The notes: generated by a model not told the origin, from the sequence alone. A stretch of 64,000 nt of DNA from an uncultured Actinomycetes bacterium (GCA_963841735.1 CAWJDT010000004.1:383395-447394), one strand, 5' to 3'; shown: positions 1 to 10,249, counted from the stretch's first letter. A program made the numbers and translations.

Positions 1-1101
1 GTCGAGGCCTTGAGCCAGCTGTCGCGCTTCAACGAGGGCGACCTGAACGCGTGGATCGCCAAGGCCCTGCGTGTCGGTGAGGTCAACTACAAGGTCATGG
101 AACTACTCGACAAGGCCAACACCGAGACCTACGGGACTCCGGTGCCCACGGAGGTGCCTTTGGGGGTCAAGACAGGCAAGGCCATCTTGGTCTCCGGCCA
201 TGACTTCGCCGACCTGGAAGCCCTGCTCAAGCAGACCGAAGACAAGGGCATCAACATCTACACCCATGGAGAGATGCTGCCGGCCCACGCCTATCCCAAA
301 CTCAAGGCCTATCCCCAGCTCTACGGCAACTACGGCTCCGCCTGGCAGAACCAGAAGAAGGAATTCGCCGAATTCCCAGGCGCCATCCTGATGACGACCA
401 ACTGCATCCAGATTCCACTGGAATCCTACGCCGACAATATCTTCACCCGGTCGGTGGTTAGCGTGCCCAACGCCACCCACGTAGGAGACCGCGACTTCAG
501 CGCTGTGATTGAGCGCGCATTGGTCCTGCCCGGCTTCTCTGAGGACGTCCCCGGCAAGACGGTGCACGTAGGCTTCATGCGCAACACGGTGCTCGCCCAC
601 GCAGAGAAGATCATCGAGCTGGTCAAAGCCGGCAAGATCCGCCACTTCTTCCTGGTGGGCGGGTGTGACGGAGCCAAACCCGGCCGCGATTACTACACCC
701 GGTTCGTGGAGCAGACTCCGCCCGACACCGTGGTGCTAACCCTGGCCTGCGGCAAGTACCGCTTCTACGACAAAGACTTGGGCAACATCGAGGGCATCCC
801 GCGTCTGCTAGACATGGGTCAGTGCAACGATGCCTACTCGGCCATCCAGGTTGCCCTCGCGCTGTCCGACGCCTTCAAGGTAGACGTCAATGACCTGCCG
901 CTGTCACTGATCATCTCCTGGTACGAGCAGAAAGCCGCGGCGATCCTGCTGACTCTGCTCCACCTGGGCCTCAAGAACGTACACCTCGGCCCCACGCTGC
1001 CGGCCTTCCTAAGCCCCGACGTAACCAAGTTCATCGTCGACACCTTCGGCCTGAAGCGCATCACCACGCCGGAGGAAGACCTGGCCGCGATCCTGGGCTG
1101 A
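1..1101 (+). CDS. hcp: Hydroxylamine reductase (hybrid cluster protein), 5' end outside window
   Basis: Motifs ILVSGHD, YTHGEMLPAH, MTTNC, GGCDG, LACGKYRF, GQCNDAYS, SWYEQKA; frame open to position 1. Confidence 0.95.
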   Translation, partial: VEALSQLSRFNEGDLNAWIAKALRVGEVNYKVMELLDKANTETYGTPVPTEVPLGVKTGKAILVSGHDFADLEALLKQTEDKGINIYTHGEMLPAHAYPKLKAYPQLYGNYGSAWQNQKKEFAEFPGAILMTTNCIQIPLESYADNIFTRSVVSVPNATHVGDRDFSAVIERALVLPGFSEDVPGKTVHVGFMRNTVLAHAEKIIELVKAGKIRHFFLVGGCDGAKPGRDYYTRFVEQTPPDTVVLTLACGKYRFYDKDLGNIEGIPRLLDMGQCNDAYSAIQVALALSDAFKVDVNDLPLSLIISWYEQKAAAILLTLLHLGLKNVHLGPTLPAFLSPDVTKFIVDTFGLKRITTPEEDLAAILG

Positions 1102-1107
1102 TCGCCA

Positions 1108-1144
1108 TGGCCCCGCGTGAGGCTGCCCAGTCCCCGCGGGGCCA
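1108..1144 (+). terminator. GC-rich hairpin between convergent hcp and hisG
   Basis: TGGCCCCGCG...CGCGGGGCCA inverted repeat just after the hcp stop. Confidence 0.5.
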
Positions 1145-1188
1145 CCCAACCAAAGGAACCGGCGCGGCGCCTTGGCGACGTCCGACCG

Positions 1189-2058
1189 CTACATCACGAT
1201 CTTGTTGAGCGGATACTCTACGATGCCTTGGGCGCCGGCCTTCTTCAGCCGGGGGATGATCACCCGCACCGTAGGCTCGTCCACGATGGTGTTGACGGCC
1301 AGCCAGTCCTCGTCGCTCAGGGTCGAGATGGTGGGGTTGCGCAGAGCAGGCAGCTGAGCCAGCACCTCGGCCAGATCAGCACGACGCACGTTCAGCATGA
1401 GGCCGACTTTGCCGAGGGCCGCTATGGCGCCCTCGAGCAGCATGGTGATGTCTTCCAGCTTGTGCCGCTTCTGCGTGTCTTTCCAAGCATCCACGTTGGC
1501 GATGAGCTGGGTGTTGGACTCAAGCACCGTCTCGACGATGCGCAGCTTGTTGGCGCGCAACGAGCTGCCGGTCTCGGTGACCTCCACGATGGCATCGGCC
1601 AGTTCGGGGGGCTTCACCTCGGTGGCGCCCCAGCTGAACTCCACCTGTGCCTGGACACCCTTTTCGGCCAAGTAGCGCTTGGTGGTCGCCACCAGTTCGG
1701 TCGCGATGATCTTGCCCTGCAGATCGTGGACGCTCTTCACCGTCGAGGCCTCAGGGACCGCCAGTACCCACCGCACCTTGCCAAAACTCTGCTTTGCATA
1801 CACCAGATCGCACACTGTCTGCACGCTAGCGTCGTTCTCGCGCACCCAGTCCAGCCCCGTGATCCCAGCGTCCAGGATGCCGTTCTCCACGTAGCGCGCC
1901 ATCTCCTGGGCGCGGATCAGCAGGCATTCGATCTCAGGGTCATCGATGACAGGGAAGTAGGAGCGGCTGCTGACGGTCATGTTGAAACCAGCCCGCCGGA
2001 ACAAATCGATGGTCGCCGACTCTAGGCTGCCCTTGGGGATGCCGAGTTTAAGGATCAT
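1189..2058 (-). CDS. hisG: ATP phosphoribosyltransferase (long form)
   Basis: [46 protein letters not shown]-terminal regulatory domain; ATG at 2058. Confidence 0.95.
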   Translation of the reverse strand: MILKLGIPKGSLESATIDLFRRAGFNMTVSSRSYFPVIDDPEIECLLIRAQEMARYVENGILDAGITGLDWVRENDASVQTVCDLVYAKQSFGKVRWVLAVPEASTVKSVHDLQGKIIATELVATTKRYLAEKGVQAQVEFSWGATEVKPPELADAIVEVTETGSSLRANKLRIVETVLESNTQLIANVDAWKDTQKRHKLEDITMLLEGAIAALGKVGLMLNVRRADLAEVLAQLPALRNPTISTLSDEDWLAVNTIVDEPTVRVIIPRLKKAGAQGIVEYPLNKIVM

Positions 2059-2181
2059 GGCTTCAGTCTCTCCCGCTCGTACGTCGATTTCGCCCAGGGG
2101 CGGCGAGGCCGCCCGGCGCAAGATAAGTAGACGCCACCCAGATGCGCGTCTCGGCATTATAACGCGGCCGGGCCCACGTGC

Positions 2182-2211
2182 TTGACGCGGGTTTCCAGTC
2201 CTCTTAGAATG
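2182..2211 (+). promoter_or_regulatory. Sigma70-type promoter upstream of dapB
   Basis: TTGACG-17 nt-TAGAAT. Confidence 0.6.
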
Positions 2212-2462
2212 CTCTGGCACTCGTTGACCTCGGCATAGGCAAACGACAACGAGCAAGAAGAGTTCGCCCCCGGTGTCTCCGAAACAACAGGCCGCACGCG
2301 CGTCGAACAATGAGAGCCATCATTCTCCAAGCAGCGATCATCCGGCGAAACCTCTTGGCTCCAGTGATATCCAAGGCCCTCCGCTCGTCGAAGTCTCTCT
2401 GGGACAAGTGAGTCGGCGGCACGCGAGGGCCAGCGTCGTACAACCTAGTTCAGGAGGATCCT

Positions 2463-3287
2463 ATGAAGGTTGGGCTAATCGGGTTTGGCAAGACCGGAAG
2501 AGCGGTTGCCTCGATACTGCTTCTGTCCAAGGAGACCAACCTCCAGTGGGTCATAAGGCGATCGCATTTGCTCGAACATCGGTCGGTGCCTGAGTTTCTG
2601 GGAGTCCAATCCGATGAGCCAGGGCTCATATACAGCAAAGAAGAGTTCACGGCGGAGGAACTCTTCACCAAGCATCCTGTCGACATGGTCATCGACTTCT
2701 CGTCCGAGAGCGGCCTGGACTACTACGGACGCGCGGCTGCAACACGCAACGTCGCCATCATCACCGCCATCTCCAACTACCATCCTGAGCAGATGGCCCG
2801 GCTGCGCCAGTTGGCTGAATTGACCACCGTGATGCACTCACCCAACATAACGCTGGGCATCAACTTCCTGATGATCGCCGCCAAGATCCTGAAGACCATC
2901 GCGCCCTACACAGATATCGAAATCATAGAAGAACACTTCAAGGCCAAGACCGAGGTCTCCGGAACGGCCAAACTCATCGCCGAAAGACTAGGCGTCCCCA
3001 CAGACGCCATCAAGACGGTCCGGGCGGGAGGGATAATCGGGGTGCACGAAGTCCTGTTCGGTTTTCCTCACCAGACGGTGCGTTTGCGGCACGAGTCCAT
3101 AGCCCGCGAGGCGTTCGGCAACGGGGCGCTCTTTGCGGCCACCAATCTCTACGGCAAGCCCAAGGGCTTCTACCGGATGGAAGACCTCATCTTGCCTTAC
3201 TTCAGGCTGCAAGAGTCGGAGGCCGACATCCTCCAGTCCGGCCAGACTCCATGGTGGCGATTCTGGGTCAAGCGACCACCGGTCTGA
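2463..3287 (+). CDS. dapB: 4-hydroxy-tetrahydrodipicolinate reductase family
   Basis: GxGKTG Rossmann motif, VIDFS, SPNITLGIN, EEHFKAK..SGTA, RAGGIIGVHEV, HESIAREAFGNGA; AGGAGG RBS. Confidence 0.85.
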   Translation: MKVGLIGFGKTGRAVASILLLSKETNLQWVIRRSHLLEHRSVPEFLGVQSDEPGLIYSKEEFTAEELFTKHPVDMVIDFSSESGLDYYGRAAATRNVAIITAISNYHPEQMARLRQLAELTTVMHSPNITLGINFLMIAAKILKTIAPYTDIEIIEEHFKAKTEVSGTAKLIAERLGVPTDAIKTVRAGGIIGVHEVLFGFPHQTVRLRHESIAREAFGNGALFAATNLYGKPKGFYRMEDLILPYFRLQESEADILQSGQTPWWRFWVKRPPV

Positions 3288-3446
3288 TAGGCCCCAGACT
3301 CACCCACTTCTGCCCCCCGGGTGAGGATCTTTCGGTGACTGTCATTCCCACTGGACGACCCCCTGGTCTAGTGCCGCCTTTCGCGTCCGAAGGGCCGCGG
3401 CGCGCCGCATGGCGCGCGCTCGGGCCTGTTGGCCGGCGGGTTCAAG

Positions 3447-4379
3447 TCATCCCACTATCGTGGTGGCATCTCCGTACTTGCTCGCCATCCTTTGTGCGGG
3501 CAGATACTCCTCTTCCAAGGCCTTGTACTTCTTGAGACCCACGAAGTCGGTGTACTCTTCGAACGACGTCACCCACTGGGTCTGCCCAGGCATAGTGCCG
3601 GTGGGCGAAGCTCTCAGGGCGAAGAAGAACTCCATGAGCGCCTTGTGCGCCACCATGATGGAGGCCACCGGGATCGACACTCGGCCCACGCCGATAGCCT
3701 CCAGGTCGGGGACGGGGATCAGCTCGGTCTGCATGCCGCTGATGCCATCCATGAGGTTCACGGAAAGCGGCCCCCGGATCCGTCTGACCGCCTGCTCCAC
3801 GTCGGCCCGGGTCTTGATGCCGTCAATGAAGGCCAGGTCGGCCCCGGCTTCCAGATACAGGTTGCAGCGCCGCACGGCCTCATCTAGTCCCATGTCGGCA
3901 AATACGTCGGTGCGGGCGTTGATGATGAACTCCGGGTCCAACCGCTGGCGCGCGGCTGCACAGGCACTCACCTTGCCGGCCATCTCATCGGCGTCGATGC
4001 ACTCCTTGCCGGCCATATGACCGCAGCGCTTGGGAAACACCTGATCTTCTATGTTCATCCCCGCCGCACCCATGGCGATCAGTCGCTCGGTAACCCAAGC
4101 GGCGTTCACAGCGTTGCCCCCGCCGGTATCCACGTCGGCCATCACCGGGATACCCACCGCCTGTACGATGTTCCAGGTCACGTCCAACACGTCCTTCATC
4201 TGCACCAAGCCCACGTCGGGCTTGGCAAGGAGCGAGCCGGCCACCCCATAGCCCGACACCTGGATGGCCTCGTACCCACACTCCTCGATAACTCTGGCGC
4301 TTAGGGCGTCGTATGCCCCCGGCACCACCACCGCCCGCCGATCCATGATGGCGTTGCGCAAAACCGTAGTCTGCTTCAC
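3447..4379 (-). CDS. Isocitrate lyase/PEP mutase superfamily C-C lyase (PrpB/2,3-dimethylmalate lyase-like)
   Basis: PGAYDALSA, ADVDTG, IEDQVFPKRCGH, INARTD, EAGAD. Confidence 0.85.
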   Translation of the reverse strand: MKQTTVLRNAIMDRRAVVVPGAYDALSARVIEECGYEAIQVSGYGVAGSLLAKPDVGLVQMKDVLDVTWNIVQAVGIPVMADVDTGGGNAVNAAWVTERLIAMGAAGMNIEDQVFPKRCGHMAGKECIDADEMAGKVSACAAARQRLDPEFIINARTDVFADMGLDEAVRRCNLYLEAGADLAFIDGIKTRADVEQAVRRIRGPLSVNLMDGISGMQTELIPVPDLEAIGVGRVSIPVASIMVAHKALMEFFFALRASPTGTMPGQTQWVTSFEEYTDFVGLKKYKALEEEYLPAQRMASKYGDATTIVG

Positions 4380-4390
4380 GATCGCTCCTC

Positions 4391-5511
4391 TCAGAGATTG
4401 CCCGCGATGGCGTCTGCCATCTGCGCTGTCGTGCCGCTGCCCCCCATGTCGTACGTGCGCACGGCGCCATCAGCGATAACAGCGGCCACCGCGGCCTCCA
4501 AACGCGCCGCTTTCTCCTCCTCCCCCAGCCAGTCGAGCATCATCTTGGCCGCCAGAACGGTGGCGATAGGATTCACCTTGTTCATGCCCGCGTATTTGGG
4601 CGCAGACCCATGCGTGGGCTCAAAAACGGCAAGCTCTTTCCCGATGTTGCCCGAGCAACCAAAGCCGAGACCCGCCCACCATCTGAGCACAGAGGTCGGA
4701 GATGATGTCGCCGTATAGGTTCGGCGCCACCAGCACGTCATACTTGAACGGGTCTTTGAGCAGCCACATGCAGACAGAGTCGACGTTGGCGTCGTCCACT
4801 GCGAGGCCGGGGAACTCCTTGGCCACCTCTCGCGCAGTCTCCAGAAACAGTCCGTCGGTAGCGCGCACCACATTGGCCTTGTGGACGATGGTCACTTTCT
4901 CGCGGCCGAAGTCGCGGGCAAACTCGAAGGCCGACCGCGCGATGCGCTCCGACCCAGCCCGGGTGTTAATCTTGCATGACACGGCCTATTGCTCGCCCCT
5001 AAGCGACTGGAAGGGCGCGAAGCTCCTGGAGAGCCTGCCCAGCGTGGTGGCCAGTTCATCGGGCACGGGATCGAATTCCACCCCGGCGTAGAGATCCTCG
5101 GTGTTCTCTCGGAACACCACCAGATCGATGCCCTCCTTGAAGTTGAGCGAGTTGGCCGGATAGGCCTTACAGGGCCGCAGACAGACGTACAGATCAAACA
5201 ACTGCCGCATCCGCACTATCGGCGACCGGTAGACCATCCCCCTGCCTCGTAGCGCCGGCTCCAACTCGGCTTCCGCCGTCCTCGCCGGCTTGGACGTGAT
5301 GGCCCCGAACATGGCCACGTCAACGCTCTTCAGTAGGTCGATGGTGCGCTGCGGAAGAGCGTCTCCTTCTTGACACCAGCAAATCCCAACCGATGTCACC
5401 ATGAAGGTATTCCGCCTCGAAGCCCAGCCGATCAAGCACCACCCGAGCCGCGGCCAACACCTCCACGCCAATGCCGTCTCCGGGAAGCCAAGCGATCCTG
5501 GGCCTGACCAA
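4391..5511 (-). CDS. Isocitrate/isopropylmalate dehydrogenase family (homoisocitrate DH-like), split by frameshifts
   Basis: PGDGIG, FRENTEDLY, IVHKANV, NLYGDIISD, FEPTHGSAPKYAG, NPIA across several frames. Confidence 0.85.
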
Positions 5512-5514
5512 AAG

Positions 5515-5688
5515 TCAGTCCTCCTTCAAAGACAGGGGCTCACCGCAGCAGGCGAACTCCGCTATCTTGCACACCTCCTCGGCTTCCTCCCCCTCCTCGT
5601 GGCTGCACTCCTCTACCACCTCGATCTCAAGCCCACAATGCTCACAGTAGTAGACCTCACCTTCGCGCATCTCGTCACAGCGTGCCAT
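5515..5688 (-). CDS. 57-aa desulforedoxin-like Cys-rich small protein (not in ORF track)
   Basis: Hand translation MARCDEMREGEVYYCEHCGLEIEVVEECSHEEGEEAEEVCKIAEFACCGEPLSLKED; YxCxxCG...CCGxP pattern. Confidence 0.75.
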   Translation of the reverse strand: MARCDEMREGEVYYCEHCGLEIEVVEECSHEEGEEAEEVCKIAEFACCGEPLSLKED

Positions 5689-5799
5689 GGTTCGTCCCTA
5701 CCTTTCCAAAACACGTAACACCCACGCCGCCGGGCCGGTCGCACCCACCCAACATAGCATCGGCGCAAGCCGCAGTCGACGCCCGTTGTGGCCGGCGGT

Positions 5800-6321
5800 T
5801 CAACACATAGCTTCAGGATGCCCCAGCAAGTACTCCCAATGTGCTACATGGCCTGACTCGTCGGCCTGATCCTTCTCGATGACAGCCCGTGTGTCTTCGT
5901 CCCAGTCGATGTCGGCCAAGATCTCACCGTAGTCGCGGATGGCCTTGCGCTCCGCCCAGGCACTCGTCTTGAGCATGCACCTGCTACCGAACATCCGTGA
6001 GCCCAGCCCAAGCGCGTAACCCACCAGCCAGTACCTCCAGCGCAGCTTGCTGGGCTTGAAGCCGTGCTCGTACAGTTTCGTCTGGAAATCCTGCATGTGA
6101 GTCATCTCATTGCACATAGCCACGGTCAAGTCGGTGTTGAGCGCGCAACAGCCGGAAGTGATCTGACACTTGTAGATGTTCACCGCCATGATCTCGAAGG
6201 CGTGCAGGGCAAGCAGCGCCTTCCGAACCGCGGCCTTTCTTCCCGGCGACAATTCGCCGCCTCGTGCCTTGACGTTCTCCGCCCGCATCTCAGGTCTTAT
6301 CACCGAAATGTCATGGGTCAT
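5800..6321 (-). CDS. COQ7/demethoxyubiquinone hydroxylase-like ferritin-fold di-iron protein
   Basis: HAFEIMAVNIY, NEMTH, AERKA..Y, DESGH di-iron ligand pattern. Confidence 0.7.
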   Translation of the reverse strand: MTHDISVIRPEMRAENVKARGGELSPGRKAAVRKALLALHAFEIMAVNIYKCQITSGCCALNTDLTVAMCNEMTHMQDFQTKLYEHGFKPSKLRWRYWLVGYALGLGSRMFGSRCMLKTSAWAERKAIRDYGEILADIDWDEDTRAVIEKDQADESGHVAHWEYLLGHPEAMC

Positions 6322-6784
6322 GACACCACTGTCCTTTCCTCTCGTACGACCTACTTTCCGCCGTTCCGGCCCTGCCGGTTGCATACCCCTTGCGCCGGCC
6401 TTCCATGCGCGGTGATGGCACTCGTCCAAATGGCCGAATCCGGGTCGCCCGACCGACCCACGTGCTGCCCATCTGCATTGTGTAATGCAGGCCAGCCGTT
6501 CTGCTACTGTCGTTGCACCTGCTAATTAGCTTATAAGGGCGGGACACGGCCACGTATGCGGCCGCGCCTTGCTCCAAATCCCAACTCTCATTAAGCTAGC
6601 CGTTGCGTCCTCGGTATTCTGCAATCCATATTGCATGTCACCGGGCGGCGCGACCCCACTCGTTGACTCCTGGTTGCTGTAACTCCTGGCAGTTGCCGCC
6701 GCGGGCTGTTCGCGAGTATCCTCTGACTGAGGAACTAGCCATGAAACCCGTCGGTCCAGCCGGGTCAAGGAGGGTCACAGAGGC

Positions 6785-7513
6785 ATGCAATGTCCGCACT
6801 GCCGTTCGGAGATAGAGGTCAAGCAGCACACCTTTGCGCTTGGTGAAGACCCCGATGGCGCCTGGCAGGTCTCATCCACCAGGTGCAAGGTGTGTGAGCG
6901 CCTTATCGTCGAACTTTGTTCCAAGGATGGCTGTAGCTATCCCGTACGACCTCTCGGTTCAGGCCGGCCCAGGCTGTCAAGTGACGTACCTGCTGAATTT
7001 GAGAGCGAATACCACACAGCCTGCGAGATCCTCGCCATCAGCCCACAGAGTTCTGCCGCCATCAGCCGCCGGTTGCTCCAGCGCTTCTTCGCCGCCCAGT
7101 CTGGTGCTGCCGATGCAGAGCTTAGCGAGTTGATAGCCGCGGCAACTGAATCGACCGAGATGCAGCCCTACCTCAGGGGAGCCCTGCACACGCTGGTAGG
7201 CCTGGCCAATCTCGAGCCGCAGAGCGAGAAGAGCCTCCGTCCTCATACCCTCATCCCGGTCAAGCCGGGGGAAGCCGAGTGGATTCTGGACGTGCTGCAG
7301 AACCTCTTCGAGGTCCACTATGTCCAGCCGGCCCGACTCCAGCGCCTTCAGAGCGCCCTCGAAGAGAGGGTAGGCCCGCTTGCGCCGCCCGCCGTCGTCG
7401 TCGTCGAACCCGAGACTTCTACCGATGAGACTGACTCGGCTGGTGATGCGGTGACAGCCATTCAAGTCGAATCCGCAACCGGCGCGCCCCTGGTGCCCCC
7501 GCCCCTGCCTTGA
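6785..7513 (+). CDS. DUF4145-like protein with N-terminal Zn finger
   Basis: CPHC/CKVC; VP..F..EY..A..IL.ISP.SSAAISRRLLQ. Confidence 0.6.
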   Translation: MQCPHCRSEIEVKQHTFALGEDPDGAWQVSSTRCKVCERLIVELCSKDGCSYPVRPLGSGRPRLSSDVPAEFESEYHTACEILAISPQSSAAISRRLLQRFFAAQSGAADAELSELIAAATESTEMQPYLRGALHTLVGLANLEPQSEKSLRPHTLIPVKPGEAEWILDVLQNLFEVHYVQPARLQRLQSALEERVGPLAPPAVVVVEPETSTDETDSAGDAVTAIQVESATGAPLVPPPLP

Positions 7514-9252
7514 CCTCACCCGAGCACGAGGAGCTGGACCTCCGCGACCTCGAGCGCAAGTCCTCCGCTGTCACGTTGTCGGACATGGAGGTCTTCATCT
7601 TTCCCGAGTTGATGTACAGCCTACTGCTGGCCAACATCATGTCGCCTCGCATCTGGAAGTGGCGAGACGATCCCTGGTTTGCCGGCATAGAGAAGATGAC
7701 GCCCTACCGGCGCATCACCCGCCTTAAGCAATACATCATGGATCACTACGCCTTCAACCTTGACCTAGATACCTGGGGGCTCACCGACAAGACTCGCGAG
7801 ATGGCCCGCTTCAAGGACTCCGTAGCGCCGGAGGCCTTGGCCCAATCCAATGCCCTCTTCGGCTACGAAGGCGACAAGTACTACTTCGACATCGACATCC
7901 GCACGCACTTCGGCCTGGACAAATATGAGGGCGACATCATCCCCTACTGGAAGACCGAGACCGTGGAGGCCATGGATGCCTTTCGCCACAAGCCGGCGTA
8001 CGCTTCCGGAGCGGGAGAATGCGTATCTCTGGCCGCTCTCTATGCAGCTGCCCTGTTTATAGTGGGGCGCATACCTCTCAGCGACATCTTCCTCATGGCT
8101 ACCCCCCTCCACTCGCAGAATTTCGTCGACACCGGCATGGGCGTCCTCACGAACAACCGCAGACTTGTCACCAAGAACATGTGGTTCAACGGCAGCGCTC
8201 TGTCGGCCCAGGCCCGCCGGGCCCTAGAGAACGAGAGGGTCACAGTGGTGGCACACGAGAGCGGCTACATCCACATCCTCTTCCCCGGCGCAACGATCGA
8301 GCCCGAGGCCTACAAGAGATTCACCGGCAAGCTGAGGCGCTTTCTGCAGACGCAACTCACGCCCCAACTCCTGGGCAATTTCGTGCGGCACAGCGCCGAT
8401 CTGCAGACCTGCTTCCAGGTACGTTGGCGCAATTTTGGCGTCGAGCGGTACATCGCCATGGAGAAGCTCCTTGCCTACGAGGGCAGTTGCCCCTACCGCT
8501 TCAACGACGACACCCGGGAACGGCTGATGATGGAGATCGCCGGCGAAGACTTCGAGTCCCGGCCAATAGCCGGGCGCATCGTCCTTGATGACCTCGAGGC
8601 CCTGATCCACCAACGGCGCCTGGATATCCACACACAGGCGGGCTTCGAACTGCTGAGCGAACAGTTGACCTCGGAGTGCCCCAGAGCCCAGGACGCCATC
8701 GACCGACTGCGCCGCTTCTGTTGGACCGATCCCCGCCTCCCCGACCAGACCACCAAGACCTTTCGGCGCGACCAGCCCCCTTTGGGCCTTGACGTAAACA
8801 TGGAGCGCGCGGATGTGGTGGCACGCCTCGATTCCATTCGCGGCACCAACGAGCTTGCAGAGCTGGCTTTCTACGCCTATCGGGACCTGAACCGCGTCGA
8901 AGCCGTCCCCTTCCTGAAGGCGGCCTGGGAGCGATGCCCAGTGTCGATCGCAGCCTGCGCGGGCATGAGCGAAACCGAGCTGATAACAGCAGTACGGGCG
9001 CTACACGAAGAGTCCATATACGACGAGCAGGGCCGCTTGGCCCAGCCCGACGAAGTGTGGAACTACGGTCGGGGCGACGGAGTGGAGAAGGCGGTGCTGT
9101 TGGCGAACGTTCTGCACGCGCGACATCCGGATATGCCGCTCACCCTGGAAGTCACCCCTGACAGCGCCACCCTACGTATGGGCACAGAGAGCCACTCTTT
9201 TGCCAGCGGCAAGAGCCTCCGTCCCCAGACCTGGGAGTGCCCCCGCCGCTAG
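7510..9252 (+). CDS. Hypothetical protein, putative transglutaminase-like fold
   Basis: 580-aa ORF overlapping the upstream stop by 4 nt; GECVSLAALY...PLHSQNFVD and a degenerate GRGDGVEKAVLLA. Confidence 0.55.
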   Translation: MTSPEHEELDLRDLERKSSAVTLSDMEVFIFPELMYSLLLANIMSPRIWKWRDDPWFAGIEKMTPYRRITRLKQYIMDHYAFNLDLDTWGLTDKTREMARFKDSVAPEALAQSNALFGYEGDKYYFDIDIRTHFGLDKYEGDIIPYWKTETVEAMDAFRHKPAYASGAGECVSLAALYAAALFIVGRIPLSDIFLMATPLHSQNFVDTGMGVLTNNRRLVTKNMWFNGSALSAQARRALENERVTVVAHESGYIHILFPGATIEPEAYKRFTGKLRRFLQTQLTPQLLGNFVRHSADLQTCFQVRWRNFGVERYIAMEKLLAYEGSCPYRFNDDTRERLMMEIAGEDFESRPIAGRIVLDDLEALIHQRRLDIHTQAGFELLSEQLTSECPRAQDAIDRLRRFCWTDPRLPDQTTKTFRRDQPPLGLDVNMERADVVARLDSIRGTNELAELAFYAYRDLNRVEAVPFLKAAWERCPVSIAACAGMSETELITAVRALHEESIYDEQGRLAQPDEVWNYGRGDGVEKAVLLANVLHARHPDMPLTLEVTPDSATLRMGTESHSFASGKSLRPQTWECPRR

Positions 9253-9253
9253 A

Positions 9254-9336
9254 GACCATCAAGGGGTTCGGCGCGGCGCAAAAGCTCTTTGCACGAGTAC
9301 GTGTCGCAACGCGCCTCGCCAAACCCCTTGATGGTC
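9254..9336. repeat. Long intergenic hairpin with 26-bp arms (REP-like or bidirectional terminator)
   Basis: 9254-9279 and 9311-9336 are inverted with 2 mismatches; apical GCACG-AGTA-CGTGT. Confidence 0.75.
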
Positions 9337-9340
9337 GCGG

Positions 9341-10249
9341 CTACTCAAATTCCTCTGACTCATCCGACGTGTGAAACAGGTACAGCTCGGCCTCCGCCAA
9401 GCGATCCTCTTGGCCACTGAGTAGATACTGCTCGGCCCGCTCCCGGAAACGGATTGCGGCCTCCTCCATCTCCGCCAGGCGCGGTGCGACGCCCCGCTCC
9501 ACCAGCAAAGCCTTCGCGGCGTCATACAGCTCTAGACTCCCGTAGAGCAGCTCCGCTTCGTCCAGGATCTTGCACGACACCATGCTCTTGAAGCCGTCGA
9601 AGGCAACCTGCTCCACCATCCGGCCGAAGGGTTTGATCACGTAGTCGATCTCTTCCCGATAGGTGGGATGCGTTAGATGGCGGTGCTTGGCCTGATAGAT
9701 GGCTTCGTCCAGCTGCTTCGTCAATGCCGGCGGAGTGACGTCGTCCATGATGACCACCAGATCGAGGTCCGAACCACGCACCATCCGCCCGGTACTCCTC
9801 TCCGGGCGTGGAGCGTCATGGGCCATCTCGTACACGATGTCACCTGCCAGAAGCACACAGAAGCGCTGCTCCCGGCCGTTGTCGGTCTCTAGCAAGCGAG
9901 CGCCTATCTCACCGATGATCCGTTGCGCCAGCCGTAGTTTGCCCGCGCTGATCTCCCGGATGCGACGCGCCAGCTCCTCTGTCCTCGCCTCGAGAGCCGC
10001 CTGATCATCGCGTAGTCCCACCACTGAGTAGGTTAGGAACTCCCGAAAGATCGATGGAGACAGCCGCGCGTAGCCCTCCACCCTCTGATCCAACCGCAGA
10101 TACCTTCGGCCGACCCTGCGCACAGCAATCCGCTCGGAACGCATACAGGCCTTCCACTGAGCAAAACCGTCCTCCCCCAAGGAGGCATGCATCTCGGCCC
10201 CAGTCAACGGCCCTCGCTCGGTCAACAGCTGGACGATCCTGTCTTCCAT
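9341..10249 (-). CDS. wHTH plus Pol-beta superfamily nucleotidyltransferase-like protein
   Basis: N-terminal IVQLL..RGPLTGAEM; VLLAGD...GSDLDLVVI...EIDYVIK. Confidence 0.6.
   Translation of the reverse strand: MEDRIVQLLTERGPLTGAEMHASLGEDGFAQWKACMRSERIAVRRVGRRYLRLDQRVEGYARLSPSIFREFLTYSVVGLRDDQAALEARTEELARRIREISAGKLRLAQRIIGEIGARLLETDNGREQRFCVLLAGDIVYEMAHDAPRPERSTGRMVRGSDLDLVVIMDDVTPPALTKQLDEAIYQAKHRHLTHPTYREEIDYVIKPFGRMVEQVAFDGFKSMVSCKILDEAELLYGSLELYDAAKALLVERGVAPRLAEMEEAAIRFRERAEQYLLSGQEDRLAEAELYLFHTSDESEEFE

Noticed and set aside
2212-2462. Canonical lysine riboswitch
   Set aside because: The AGAGGnGC start and other conserved motifs were not found.
5515-5688. LysW carrier next to a homoisocitrate dehydrogenase-like gene
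   Set aside because: It lacks the C-terminal EDWGE and has the desulforedoxin CC motif.
6600-6784. Riboswitch upstream of the DUF4145-like gene
   Set aside because: Some stems are present but no aptamer consensus was recognisable.
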